DNA of 62,919 nt, filler included, from Perkinsus chesapeaki ATCC PRA-425 (taxonomy: Eukaryota > Protista > Perkinsozoa), in the NCBI GenBank assembly GCA_013115145.1. It is 6 parts of 6 records of this genome, joined end to end, with 100 filler letters (N's around TTAATTAATTAA, not from the genome) between each part and the next. Parts side by side here need not be neighbours in the genome. Positions count along the whole stretch, not along the records: positions 1 to 24,385 come from JAAPAO010000543.1; positions 24,486 to 29,576 come from JAAPAO010001195.1; 4 more parts are not named here. One strand, 5' to 3'. Below the pieces are notes generated by a model. That model did no database searches and was not told where the DNA came from. It worked only from the letters and a program-made list of their open reading frames with translations. This document shows, in pieces, positions 14,444-26,304 of the stretch (the stretch's first letter is position 1; every line of letters begins with the position of its first letter). A program made the position numbers and the translations under genes.

Positions 14444-15943
14444 CTAACAGGAAAATAAATCAGAACCTTTCCAGGCTGTCGACCAAAGTTTGCACAGAAT
14501 AATATACCTATGTTTTAACGGCTCTGACAATTCCAACCAATTCTCTTTAATCTCATTCTCATATAAAACACTTGGGCTGGGATCGGGTCCAATAAACCGA
14601 TAAGATGTCAAAGCCGATTGAAGCATCTGGTCGGTCGTCGAAGAGGCTATTGCCAAAGGAGACTCCACAACACCTTGCCGTACAGAAGGATGGGAAATGA
14701 CCAGTCCCGGAGACTGCCATTCAGATAGGGTTCGACGGAGTAGGAATAAAGAGCGTGGGTGACTTAAGCGAAGCTCTACAATGCTTTGAGAATCCAACGG
14801 GCAGAACGGAATGCGCACAGCAAAGAATATCAACTTGGGCATGCACTTTGGGATCTCCCACAAAGCTCGAACCTTCTCCTTCGATAGAGAGTTCGAACCA
14901 GCGATCCTAACACCGCTCAAATCGAAACGGGTGATCTTGCTGATGTCGGCTTTGCGGAGGAATCGTATCATAGGTTTTACGTCCATACTTAACCCACAGC
15001 TCCTAGAGGTAACCGTCAAAGAAACCAACGAAGGCGGGAAGATAAGTTTATCTGGCAGGGAGCTTCGCTCCGCTAACCACAAAGACTGCAGATCAGGAGC
15101 GCTACTGATGAGCTCGATAGCAGCGTCCTTGGAGTTTGGCCCACAGCACACGTTGACCAGAGTAAGGCTGTGCAACTTGGCGGTCGATGCCAAAGAGAGC
15201 TGATCCATAACAACGGCCACTTTGACGTCGCTGATTTGGGAGTTGTAGCATTCGAGCGTAAGATGCCTCAAGTCAGGGAAGAACTTATGCTTGTCGAGGA
15301 GGGCCGACAGAGCGCGCCGATGACCATCGGTATCTATGGCAACTCTCAACACCTTCACGACCTTCGTATCAATTTGGGGAACCACTCGCAGAAAGGATTC
15401 GTGCACCTTGCCAGACAAGTCCAGAACTGGCAGTCGAATCGCTCCGCAGACAGGATAGAATATCTCACGGAAGAGCCTGCAAGTGGCAGCCAGCCGACAA
15501 ATGCTGCGCATGTCGAGGAACTCCGCTGGGCCCGTCACCTGCACCGAACTTTCGATGACCAATCTAGGAGCCTTCATGACCCGCTTTGGGGTCGGCATGG
15601 TCTCGGCCAGCGTGCTGCTGTCGGAGCCTCTACCTCGCTTTTTGCTGCCCAAGGGGGAGTCGTCAGAACTGTCGTAGTCGATGTTGTTGAGCGATATGTC
15701 TGTCTCGAGGGTCTCCAAGATCACGGCCGGCTTATCTTTCCTCGGCGCACGCTTGCCGGTTCGCGGCTTAGCCTTGCTCTTCGCCTTGGCTTTCCCCTTC
15801 GGCTTGGCGGCCGCCGTCTTACATACAGACGGCGGAGTTACGGCCAAGACGTCAGCGGCATCAACACCCTTGAGAATGCTTCTATGCAATCGAGGAGACT
15901 TTACGAAGTCGCCAGGGTTGAGGCGACGACTGCGGCGCATCAC
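14444..15943 (-). CDS. Intronless F-box-like protein with LRR-like repeats and basic N-terminus
   Basis: 499-aa uninterrupted ORF; F-box-like EFLDMRSICRLAATCRLFREIF followed by LxxLxL repeats (LRHLTLEC, LHSLTLVN, LQSLWLAE, LVSLTVTS). Confidence 0.6.
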   Translation of the reverse strand: MMRRSRRLNPGDFVKSPRLHRSILKGVDAADVLAVTPPSVCKTAAAKPKGKAKAKSKAKPRTGKRAPRKDKPAVILETLETDISLNNIDYDSSDDSPLGSKKRGRGSDSSTLAETMPTPKRVMKAPRLVIESSVQVTGPAEFLDMRSICRLAATCRLFREIFYPVCGAIRLPVLDLSGKVHESFLRVVPQIDTKVVKVLRVAIDTDGHRRALSALLDKHKFFPDLRHLTLECYNSQISDVKVAVVMDQLSLASTAKLHSLTLVNVCCGPNSKDAAIELISSAPDLQSLWLAERSSLPDKLIFPPSLVSLTVTSRSCGLSMDVKPMIRFLRKADISKITRFDLSGVRIAGSNSLSKEKVRALWEIPKCMPKLIFFAVRIPFCPLDSQSIVELRLSHPRSLFLLRRTLSEWQSPGLVISHPSVRQGVVESPLAIASSTTDQMLQSALTSYRFIGPDPSPSVLYENEIKENWLELSEPLKHRYIILCKLWSTAWKGSDLFSC

Positions 15944-16017
15944 AAAGTTATTCTAAAAACCTGCGGAAGGATCTCCGCACCGAAGGCCAACGCAACGGCA
16001 AGGTAGCTGAAAGGTGT

Positions 16018-17642
16018 TCAGAGTTCGTCAGAGGAAGCGTCTTCTATCCACGTCACTGCCAGAGCGTCGGCGTACGGCACGGACACTTTCTGAATCACCG
16101 TATTGAACTTCACCAGCCCCTTCGGTGATGCTGTTACCGTATCGCTCTGAAGATCGGCTTGTTAAGAGACTTCCCGGACCGGCTCACCTGGACCATACTG
16201 AGGTAGTCTTTCATTAGGCGCGCCTTGGTTCCAGCGTTATCAACCAAGATGACTGTGCCTGGACCAGCAAAGCCTCGCTCTAGCATCACCGTAAGGTCCT
16301 GAAACCATAAAGAAAACTCGAATTTCTTTGAAAATCCCGAAAATTCCGGGAATTTTCCTCATCGATTGGAAATGTACCTGTTTGAAGGTCGACGGATTAT
16401 GATCCATGAAAATGATGTCGGCAGTTTTCATTCCCGACTCCTGGAGTGCTTCAATCAAATCATCCATCCCTTCTGGCATCAACATCGCCGTATATTCAAT
16501 GGTATGCCGAGCTCGCCCGGTCGATGGATCTCGAACGGCATGGCCAATCAACTGAGGGAAATATTGCGGAAGCTCCTCGGGAGTAATTCCCACCTGTTTG
16601 CCGAGTTGAAGCCAATGAGGATTCTCCTCCACAGACACAATCTTGACCTTTCGTCGCCCAGCGCCACTTAGAAACCGCAGAGTACCGTCGCCGCTATGAG
16701 AGCCGAGCTCTAAGATTTGCAAACGATCGCGACCTTCGGGTATCTTTGTGGTCGCCACGGTGAAGGACAGTATCTCGCCTGAAACCGTCGAGCGTGAGAA
16801 TGCAGAGGAGCGGGGGGACTACGGATTAAAGTGCAAGTAAGAATTCAACCATTGCAAGATGAATATATTGTACGCTCCAATGTGCCGAGGGAGACGTCCT
16901 TGAGTTAAGCTGCTTCCGCATCCTATGAAAACTCCACAGTGCTTTACGAGCCGCGTCACATCCCCCCCTCGAGGAGTGATGGAGTGCTGAATAATACAGC
17001 GGTAGAAGATAACGGGAGCAATACGAAGGACGGTATAATGGTATAGTGGCACTAAGTTTTCATAGGAGTAGCTGCTCCCAGTGATGGGCGATCTTTCAGT
17101 AGGGTACTCAATACCCGGTACTGGAAGGAACTACCGCAGCAGACCAGCACCTGTATTGTTCACCAATACCAGTGGAAGGTGAACCCAAAACTCACATAAG
17201 AAGGACCTTCATGTTTCGCTACTTCAATAAAGGGTAACCACGGACCGGTTAAGCCAATTCCCCGGACTCGCACGGGCACCACTCAAGCGCACTTTCGATC
17301 TGCCTGATTGAACCACCCACCTTTTTCGTCTCCCAGAGTTAGCCCCCCTCCATAGCGCGCGGAAAAGCCCTCCGCTTCGGTGATGCAGTCCTTTATCGAG
17401 CCGCCCTCGGCAGTGCCCACCACATGCTCCACCAGTCCTGACAATGAATTCTTCACAGTGCGATACAGGCGTATCTTTCTACTGTCGTCCAAGCTGCCAG
17501 CTTCAGGACGGTGATCGTCTGGTTTCGGATGATAACCTCCACCAGGCTTCAACTCCCCAACGACTTGAGGCTTCCCGGACTTTGGCACCGCACCACGAAC
17601 TATCAGCAGACAGAGCACCGAGATGAGGGTGAAGAATCTCAT
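16018..17642 (-). CDS. Catechol O-methyltransferase-like SAM-dependent methyltransferase with signal peptide and C-terminal SDEL
   Basis: N-terminal MRFFTLISVLCLLIVRGA; COMT-like motifs GLTLGDEKG, ILELGSHSGDGT, VSVEENP, IIFMDH, GTVILVDNAG; last exon ends DASSDEL*. Confidence 0.75.
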
Positions 17643-18131
17643 GAAAAAACTTTAACTGTTCATGGGCCGACGGAGCGAAGCAGATTTTGAGACACCTTGC
17701 ATATTTGGTGCTAGAAAACTTCCGACTTCGTGGGTGCGTCGAAGTAGAATTGGAACCAAGAGCTGGAGAGCTGCAGAAGGCCGCGCCAGCTGTAATCGAG
17801 TCGAAGCACTTTTGCGCAGGAGATGACCCCAAATGACGGCTCCATCCTTCGTTCATCGGCCACCTTCAAGAGCTTTGTAATATAGCGATTGAGTAAATGG
17901 CCGAGACTCTCAGACCGAGACCCCCGCTGGCCCGCTTATTGACCCGATCGCCCCTTGGACAATACACAATATGAAGGTGCTCCTAATGAAAAGCTTGAGG
18001 TTGCAGCAGCAGCAGCAGAAGCAGCCACCACGCTGACTAGCCCCCATTGGTTATCCCAGTGATTGACAGAACTCTACCAACAGAACACCAGGCTGCTGTA
18101 TGAAACCACACGTAAGGTGTACTCGACAACT

Positions 18132-21100
18132 CTACTGTCCAGTCAATCTTCTCTTGGCCTCCAACAACGCCTTCGCCGCCGCTGCGTTCTGATCCATACC
18201 TAACATCCTCATTATCCGAGGAGTGGCGAAGGAGGAAAATTTTAGGAAATTTCGCCGAAAAATTCCACCTGATTTTTTAATGCTACTACTCAACGCTATA
18301 TGACCTGCGGCCACTCAGTTAACAAAATGCAGCAAACTCCAACTGAGAGCATCACATTACCATTCCCTCATCTCGACCTGCTTACCCTCTTTAACATACT
18401 GCGAAAACAGCTCCTGCATGAGCTCCTTGGCTCCCACAGCTCTGCCCTCACCCGGCTTCTTGTCCACCGGGGCAGTGTAAACGCCAATGTTATGCAGGTG
18501 GCCTCCGCATCCAACCTTGAAGCCAGTCACTCGTTTCCCATCGCCTCTCTTGACCAAAGAAAACTCCGCTCCGCCATTTCCACCAGCGCTGACTTCTCGA
18601 CCGTTGAAGGTTCGAATCGAGAGATAGTCGATCCAGCTGCCCGATCGGCCAGTGACTTCAGTGATGTAATCACCATCATCGATCGTCATGGCGTGAGCTT
18701 TTGCCTCTCCATGCGGGGATGAGGAGATGGCCGTATCACGACGGCAGGAGTCACCGGAGCACCACATAACCTAAAGCAAAGCGTTGATCCCAGCTGGGGC
18801 CTGAAGTTTTCGCGTAACATATTCTGTTTTTAGTGCCTTCTTTGGCTCTCCGAGGCCCACTCCGGGGTTGACTCGCCAACATTCGATTAAGTCGATTTCA
18901 CGCATATACTTCGACACGTGAATTCTATACAAGCGGATATAAAAATCCACTAAGTAACTTAGATTGTATCGCTTTTCCTCCTTCATGCAGCAGACAACTT
19001 TATTCCTCCCGAAAATGCTGAGAGCACCAAGATTGGAAGATCAGCCTTCCCGTGAACACTGACGACAAATTCCCGAAATGGGCGACAGAGGCTCAAATAG
19101 ATCCGAAATCGTTACAGCAACACTGTAATAGTGTAACATATGCTAGTTCCACATATCACTGGTGACCTAGATATAATTAAATTCATCATTACATTACTTA
19201 CATACCTATATTGATATAAGTTCCTCCAATCCCCAATCCCCTCACCTCCATTCCGTATACAGCAATATCATCTCCAAGTATCCTAACCTCGCTCATATGC
19301 TCTCCTGCCTTCGGTCGCAGGCTTATAACCTCTGTATCATCATGAGTTGGACCATGGCACTCTAGATCGCCTGGATTCTCATGGCCCAGCTCCCCTCGCT
19401 CTCTCCGCCATTCCACGGACCCAGTCTGGCGGCCGCTGCTGACAGCCGTCTTGGAGTCCTTGAAGGGGTTCACTCCAGTCGCCGAGGATTCATCTTCATC
19501 CGAGCCGATTGTCGCATCTTCCCGGGCCGATCGATCGTGATAAAACTTCCTACTCGCTGCCACGGCAGATGGCGCTACTTGTTGAAGGCGAGCGAAGTAG
19601 GTGTTCTGTAGGGCATCATTGACAGCCAAGATGGCCTAAAGGGAAGGCAAGTCATCATAGACCACCGAAACTGAGCGGACACTGCTACTGAGGATTTGCG
19701 AAACTGAGAGGACTTTGCTATTATCTAGGTTCTTAGACTGTGCTAGATCGACCAATTTCTTCAGATGATTTGAATACAGAATAAACTTGAGATGCAGCTA
19801 AGAAGGAATTCGAACCAAGCTGCCTCCCAGCTTTCTTCCGACTCCATTTTTTTACCTTTCCCATGCCTTCACTATCACCTGCGTACTCTCTCCGACGCTT
19901 CTGGAATGCCTCCGTGGCCAACTGTCGAGTGTACCGCGACGTCACGTCACGACAGCCATCCTTGGAGGTTGCCCAAACCCACGAAAGATTCTTCTTCCAC
20001 CCCTGCTCGTACCTTAATCACGAGCGTCACTGCGCCACGAAATTCGACAGCTACATAAGAGGTGCGTCGATGACAGCTTCACACGGGTCCACATGAACCC
20101 ACCGCTTTTGGCGATCAACCCAAATCTCCGACCAGACATGATCTGTCGCGTCGATGACGTGCCGAACCTGCTGATAGTGTGAATCCTAACCCAAGCTTCA
20201 CCGAGCCTGACCTCGAAGCCCAGACTCCTGGCTACTAGACAGAAACAATTGGCCCATTCACCACATCGACCACTTCTGGTGTGAAGAAGAGCCACGGGAT
20301 GGTTAAAGCGGGGGTATCTCGTCAACGATCCGCATACTGTACAGCGGTAAATTTCAACCTGTCCCGAAATCTGATGACAAGCCAGCCAGGAAAGGCCCAC
20401 CTGGCCGGCCATGCCCTTCTGTTCCTCAGCAGTGGGCGTGGTGACGCCTTGGCTCTCGGTGTTCTTGCAGCCACAGGCCGCGCACTCTGGCTTATCCATC
20501 CATTTAAAGAAGGACTTCTTGAACCAAATAACGACCTCCTTCAGCAGACACTCAGGGTAGTAAGGGGAACCTGATAATCTTATGTGTCAACCCATCCACA
20601 GCGCTACGACTGGCAAGGGAATATCTCCCGTGCCGAAGGACGGGGGTGGTTTCTAGAGGCGCCTTGGAGCTCTACGGAGGATAAATCAGTGTGTGTGATA
20701 GTGTGCGGAAAGGACTAGTTCCAGTGTTAATACCGACAAAGTGTAACCCTTAAAGCACTCCTAAGACTTGGCCAATTCAATGCCATACACTACACTGCGT
20801 TTCTATCAACACTTTCTACACCACTAAGGCACCCCAAGTAGTACTACTACCAAAACTTGACCGGTAAATGGTATAGCCTTCATGGCCTCCAGTAACGTAG
20901 ATTGAATAGGTCTATTATATCATACGATAGGAACTTCCCCTACTCCGACCCTATGTAGCGAACATCACCACCTGACTCCCCTCCCCCTATCACCATCTTC
21001 CCCTTCTCCCACTAATCTCTTGCACCGTTCCACCGCCTTCCTGTGCAGCTCCACTACCGGTATTACCGACAGAGCCTGCTCCTGGTTAGACGGAACTTCG

Positions 21101-23243
21101 TAGAGCTGGAAAGGGAAAAAATTTAAGCGCTTCATGGGAGCTTATTTGGTGAAACGAATTTCATCAAAAGACGTTCTCGACCGTCTTACACTATACACGT
21201 TTTCGTTACGCATTCAGCGCTGAAAAGTTTGAGTAGTGATTTAACACGCTTGAGAGTTCTCTCGCTTGCAAGCGGAGAGTTCATTATGGAGCTGCCCACC
21301 TATGGATTGAACTAAGCGGCGCTGGCAAAGCGAGATGCCGATCCCTTCAGAGAGCCAGAGCAGCGGCGAAACCTACTCCGTGGTGGTGAGCCGATAGTTT
21401 ATAATATTGTGTACCGTCCTCACAAACACTAGGACGTCCTATTGTATAGGATGATTAATAACACTAAAGCGACTATTAGAGCTAACAATCGCAATCGAGC
21501 TCTCCAGGTCCGCCGCCTCTCCTGCCTCAATTCTTTTCCCCCTACCTGAACATGCATTCCATTATTAACCATCTGCTGTCGGACAGTATTCTTGAATGCC
21601 TCCCCACCGACTTTAGACTGTACCAGAGCTGTCAAGGCCGTCCTGACTCCCTGAGCCCAGGCATCCGCCTCGGCATCGTTAGCAGCTAATTTAGTTGGTG
21701 ATGGGTTAGATGGACTCAGCGAGGTGAGCACCTGATGGGCACCATAGGAGTTGGCATGAGCCCCTGGGCTGGCTAAATCAAGCCCAAAGGACCCGTATAG
21801 TCTAATGACGTAGAGTAACAGCAGTCAACTACAATAGTAAATGTATATAATGATATAATCGCTATGTGAAATTCGTTACCGATAAGACAACACACATATA
21901 TGTATAGCCATGGCCAACGCGAGGGACGAGCTTTTTCGGATTCAGCAAACCCTGTCGGCCAATATGCCATGGTTGAGGAGGACGAGTTAAGGCTCCCTCT
22001 GCGCCAGCTCCAGCGACTACTATCGAATGACCGGTTTGAACCCCCAATTTCGTCCGTTATATTTGCACTGCTAAAGTAAAGCAGCCATCCCGTCCATAGT
22101 ACCACAATCTCAACTTCCTTGCCACCAGCTAAGGCCAGACCAGTCATGTCCGCCTGTTGCAGCTCCCCTCCTTCCTTCCGGAGATCGCTGCTGAACATTC
22201 TGATAGAATTTTCGTCTCTGATGTCGAACAGGGATGATATCACAGCCCGCAAAGTAGTGATGTCTGTGGTCTCAATCTCTATCTGCTGCGTTTGCATCTC
22301 GTAAAGTATCTTAGCTCGAACCTCGACTTTCGCATTCGGTACCGAGTTAACAGACACCATAGGTGCCGCGGTATCTTTCGAGCTCTCAGCCTTGCTTTTT
22401 GCGATAGCTCTTCCCAGCGCACCACGGCTTGCCCTCAGCCATCCATCGTTGACAGCGGGCACCGTGTAGCCCGGATCAGCGCCGACGATTTTCTGCCAGC
22501 CGCACGCGGTCATTACGGCTTCACCTTCGGGAGTGCCCAACCCTGCCTGAGTAATAGCCTTGTTATGCAGCTTGACTGTCCTGAATTTGGTCTCGGACGG
22601 TCGGTTCAATACATTATTAACAAGTTTAAGGATCAACTCTTGGCCTTCCAGGCTCAACTTGGATGTAGCCAGCGCCACAGAGGCCGATGCTCCCGATAGG
22701 GCTTTCCAGGACTGCAGGCAGTTGACCATACCGCTCGGCCCCCCTTGCAAGGCTCGCATGACCTCCATACGACCGTCAGGGACACAGGACTAACAATAAT
22801 AAGCCTCGAGGAGCTAGCCACTGAGGCCTTACCTCTCCGTCGTAGTTGAGGACCTTCAGCGAGGGTATGCCACGAACGCCAAAGGTCTGGCTGAGCCATT
22901 GGGCTTGGGCACGATCGGAGTAGGCCAAGGCCAGCCAGTCACCATGCTCATTACGAAAGTAATCAAGCATATCCGACTCACTTCTATCGGAGCTCACAAA
23001 AACGATCTAAAGATACGCCCAGGAATCTTCATAGTGCGATACCTCCGCTCCTACCTCGAGCTTTATGCCCACCGACTTGGCCAGCTGATAGAACTGTTTC
23101 AGCATTGGTGTGAACTGACGGCACGGAGGGCACCAGTGGGCCGAGAAGTAGAGACAGACTACCGTCTGGTCATCGGGGACCGGCGCTGGCTGACCTGACT
23201 TGGTGATCAGAGGAAGGTTCGCTCTTGCTAAAAAACCGGACAT
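18132..23243 (-). CDS. PNG1: Peptide:N-glycanase (PNG1/NGLY1 family), probably with N-terminal nucleoredoxin-like thioredoxin and PUB domains and a C-terminal jacalin-like lectin domain
   Basis: Trx: LYFSAHWCPPCRQFTP...FGVRGIPSL. PUB: LILKLVNNVLNRPSETKFRTVKLHN. Core: WFKKSFFKWMDKPECAACG, TRYPRFNHPVALLHTRSGRCGEWANCF, DHVWSEIW, WVHVDPCE, YEQGWKKNLSW, GRQTGSVEWRRERGELG. Jacalin: DGDYITEVTGRSGSWIDYLSIRTFNGR...GGHLHNIG. The splice path between ~22100 and ~21800 could not be resolved unambiguously. Confidence 0.8.
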
Positions 23244-23504
23244 TTTGAAAAATACTTCGGGGGAAGTGTGAAGACTGGAAACGCAACACAGTGAAGGAAA
23301 TCCACGAGCAAAGATAATAGAGGAGGTGGCTGGCATCCTCAGAGGGGCAATAATCGCTACCGAAGGAATCTTACAGTTAACCGCGAAAGATACGAATGAG
23401 GTCAGATACACCACATCTGCTCCTCGGCGATTTTGACAACCATACCATGGCACGCTTTCATGTACAAACGGCGTCTGCATACCTTCTTGAGCACACAAAA
23501 AATT

Positions 23505-24073
23505 CTAGTTTCTAGCTGACTCCAAACGGTCGGCTCTCTCCTGTTGGATGGCCCTATCGGCCTCCCTAGCCTTGCGGAGGGTATTGGCATCGGCCATGTC
23601 GGCAACCTTCTTAGTAGGATCTCGCTCAACCGAGATACGGTCATGTTCCCAGCTGGAGGACTCCCCTTGGCAGGACTCTTTGTCCTCGGCCATCTCAGAG
23701 TAGGCGGCAGCGTGTAGGCGAGCATCATACCTGATAACGGCTAGGTCGGCTCTACTAGAGGCCCTTCGAGGCCCTACATGTGTTTCCAATGGCTCACAAT
23801 AGCAGCGGCGTCCTTCTCCTTGAGAGCTGCTTTGGGATCGTCAATAAAGTCCTCTAGCTCGAGCGCTAGGGTTTTAATACGGTAACTGTTTACGGTTCTG
23901 GGGTCCTCGGCAGGGAACTCGCGGTCAAGACGCTCTGAGACGGCAATGAGAAGGCCGAAGACCAGATGCTTACTAGCGACGTCTTCATAGTCCTTCCAGG
24001 AAGCGAAGCTCCTTTGAGCCAAGGCCCTTAAGGGCGCAGCCCTGGTGATGGCAACTGTCGTCCTAGTTAGCAT
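23505..24073 (-). CDS. Hypothetical protein with mitochondrial presequence-like N-terminus
   Basis: MLTRTTVAITRAAPLRALAQRSFASW: Arg/Thr/Ala-rich and acid-free N-terminus; adjacent ORF 23505-23789 looks like the next exon. Confidence 0.45.
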
Positions 24074-25218
24074 TTGTAAAGAGCAACGGGACGGATCTTG
24101 AAGAACTGCGCCAGAGAGCGCGTTGGGGAAATGCTAGGCGATGCAAGATAAGCAAGTCGAGTCATGTTATCTAAATTTATATTTGTTGCTTAGGATTGAA
24201 CTATACCTTGCTGTATGTGGCGTGTGACCGATTGAGATAATTCCCAAATCGCGTTTTTCATCGGCGCCAACTTGAAGCTCTAAGTATCTTATCCAGCAAA
24301 AGATACACCATGTGTTGCGTATTAGGCAAATCAGTAGTAGAATCAAGGACTACCAAAGACTCCGTATTACTTAAGACATCAGACANNNNNNNNNNNNNNN
24401 NNNNNNNNNNNNNNNNNNNNNNNNNNNNNTTAATTAATTAANNNNNNNNNNNNNNNNNNNNNNNNNNNNNNNNNNNNNNNNNNNNTGCGTTACTCAGTTT
24501 GGAACGGTAAACCTGATTATAGGGTGGACTTATTGCGAACTACAGCATTTCCGGAAATGTCCGGAAATTGCCAACGGAAATTTCCGAAATGGAAATATTT
24601 TGCTGTTTCCGAAAAATGAAACACCCTGTCATGGACTGTTTTGGTGGTTTGTACTATACCATCGTTTTTTTCTTGTCTAAGCTCTGTTCCAGCCTATCTA
24701 ATCATCACTCCTCGTGCTTCCTGCTGGCTGAACCTCCATGTGGGTTGTTCTTCCCTATCGGCTCGGTGGTAACGAGTCGAATTGACTGAATCTTTCTAGT
24801 GTACTTGCTGTATATACTCAACACGTAAGCATCAGTTTTCCTCCTTCATTTGAGAATACAACACTCACATCGGTAGGCATATGAAACCTTCCTTCTGCGG
24901 AATTGATAAGGACTATGTAGTGATGAGTTTGAGACAAGAGGTGTCTAGTAGCCCAAACGGCTGTTAGCAGTTACATGTTAATGTGGATAGAGATGGCGTG
25001 CTACAGAATACTCGCCAGTCTCGCAGAGTGTGCGACGCACACTGAGGTCGAGGATAGACAACACTCCTACCGCGATACCGTCCTGTTGTATAATGTGTAT
25101 GTGCCCGTGACGCTTCTAAAGCGGCCGAAGTTACCGACTTCCAGTTTTGCCAGCATGTTTCATTTGACACGATCAGGCGAATGAGTCTCTAGTGATAGCA
25201 GTACATCGGTAAATGATG

Positions 25219-25818
25219 CTATAGAACGGTCTTTATCAGTGCCGACGTACCCGCCAACTTGGATTGAGCTTGAACAGAAACATTGTCCTCTTCGAAGCGA
25301 ACACTGCACATTCCAGTAGAGGTAGCGGGAAAGGTTACGGCCTCCTTACCACACTGTTTTACTGTGATATAGGCGTCGTTATCAAAGTCTATCTGTCTTC
25401 CGGCCGCTGCCGCATATCCAGTGTCACTTTTTATAGAAAGTAGAGCCAAACGAATGGTTATCTCCATGTTCCTCTTTTCCAAAGTCTGCTTGAGAGCGGT
25501 ACGCCCTTGTCCTTCAACTCAAACCGTCGGAAAGCCTGTAGCATTGCTGGGGGGTCCGACCCCGCAGGCAAATTCCAGGGGCTTGAACAACTTGATATAA
25601 CGGTTGGCAGATCCGAGACGGTAACCACCAAGTAGAACTTCAGCGTTTCCTTTCACGTAGAAGCAATTTTGACTGCGGAACATTCCACCTTCGCCGCAGT
25701 TGTTAGTGCTGTCAACCAGATCCTTTGTGATCGGTTGGGCAAGTGAGATAACCACACACCGCATACCAACGCCGAAGTTCCCATAGTCGGGTAGATCATT
25801 TGGTATGAAACAGCCCAA
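25219..25818 (-). CDS. Hypothetical multi-exon protein, no recognised family
   Basis: Two consecutive protein-like ORFs (25519-25818, 25219-25482) on the same strand. Confidence 0.3.
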
Positions 25819-26282
25819 GTGGTGCCTATCGCCGAATATGCGAGGAAGCGAGGAATTTGACTAGTAAAATCTACAAGAGGAGCAGATTTCCAGTAGTAAC
25901 AACTAATCGACTTGAAGAGGAAGCGAGACATGAAGTTTAGATGATGCGGATATGAGCTTTCAGGCTGGGGAGGCATGCATGTAGCACGCCAGCCATACAG
26001 CAGATCGATATTCTGCAAGTTCGAAGCGTCATGAGGGAGCACTAACTGCCTGAATGATGGACACTGCAAGAGCACATCACATTGCCTGGAGAATCGCCAA
26101 GCTCATCCTCAGGAGAAGGTTGGGCAAAGCATATGCTCAGCTTCACGTTCCGCGTCGCCCGACGCATCATCTTTTCGTGAGCCCTATCCGCCAATGGCGT
26201 GTTAGTATCTTCCATACCAAACTGTATAACTCGACGCGATAGGGGGGAGTTGAAGAGCAAATACTATAAAAAGAACTGAGAC

Positions 26283-26304
26283 CTTGAGCCAAGATGGCTA
26301 CGAT
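26283..26304 (-). ncRNA. Spliced-leader (SL) exon sequence: SL RNA gene candidate or genomic SL relic
   Basis: Minus strand reads ATCGTAGCCATCTTGGCTCAAG immediately followed by GT. This is 21/22 identical to the Perkinsus long SL as I recall it. Confidence 0.7.

Noticed and set aside
15170-16006. 278-aa plus-strand ORF and similar long ORFs such as 51360-51800, 51478-51987 and 12157-12567
   Set aside because: Antisense shadows of real genes (F-box, GPI, HutF-M20) with no motifs of their own.
19624-19635. 12-nt SL-like match GCCATCTTGGCT on the minus strand
   Set aside because: It is the start of a PNGase exon (AILAVNDAL) right after a TTTAG acceptor; a coding coincidence.
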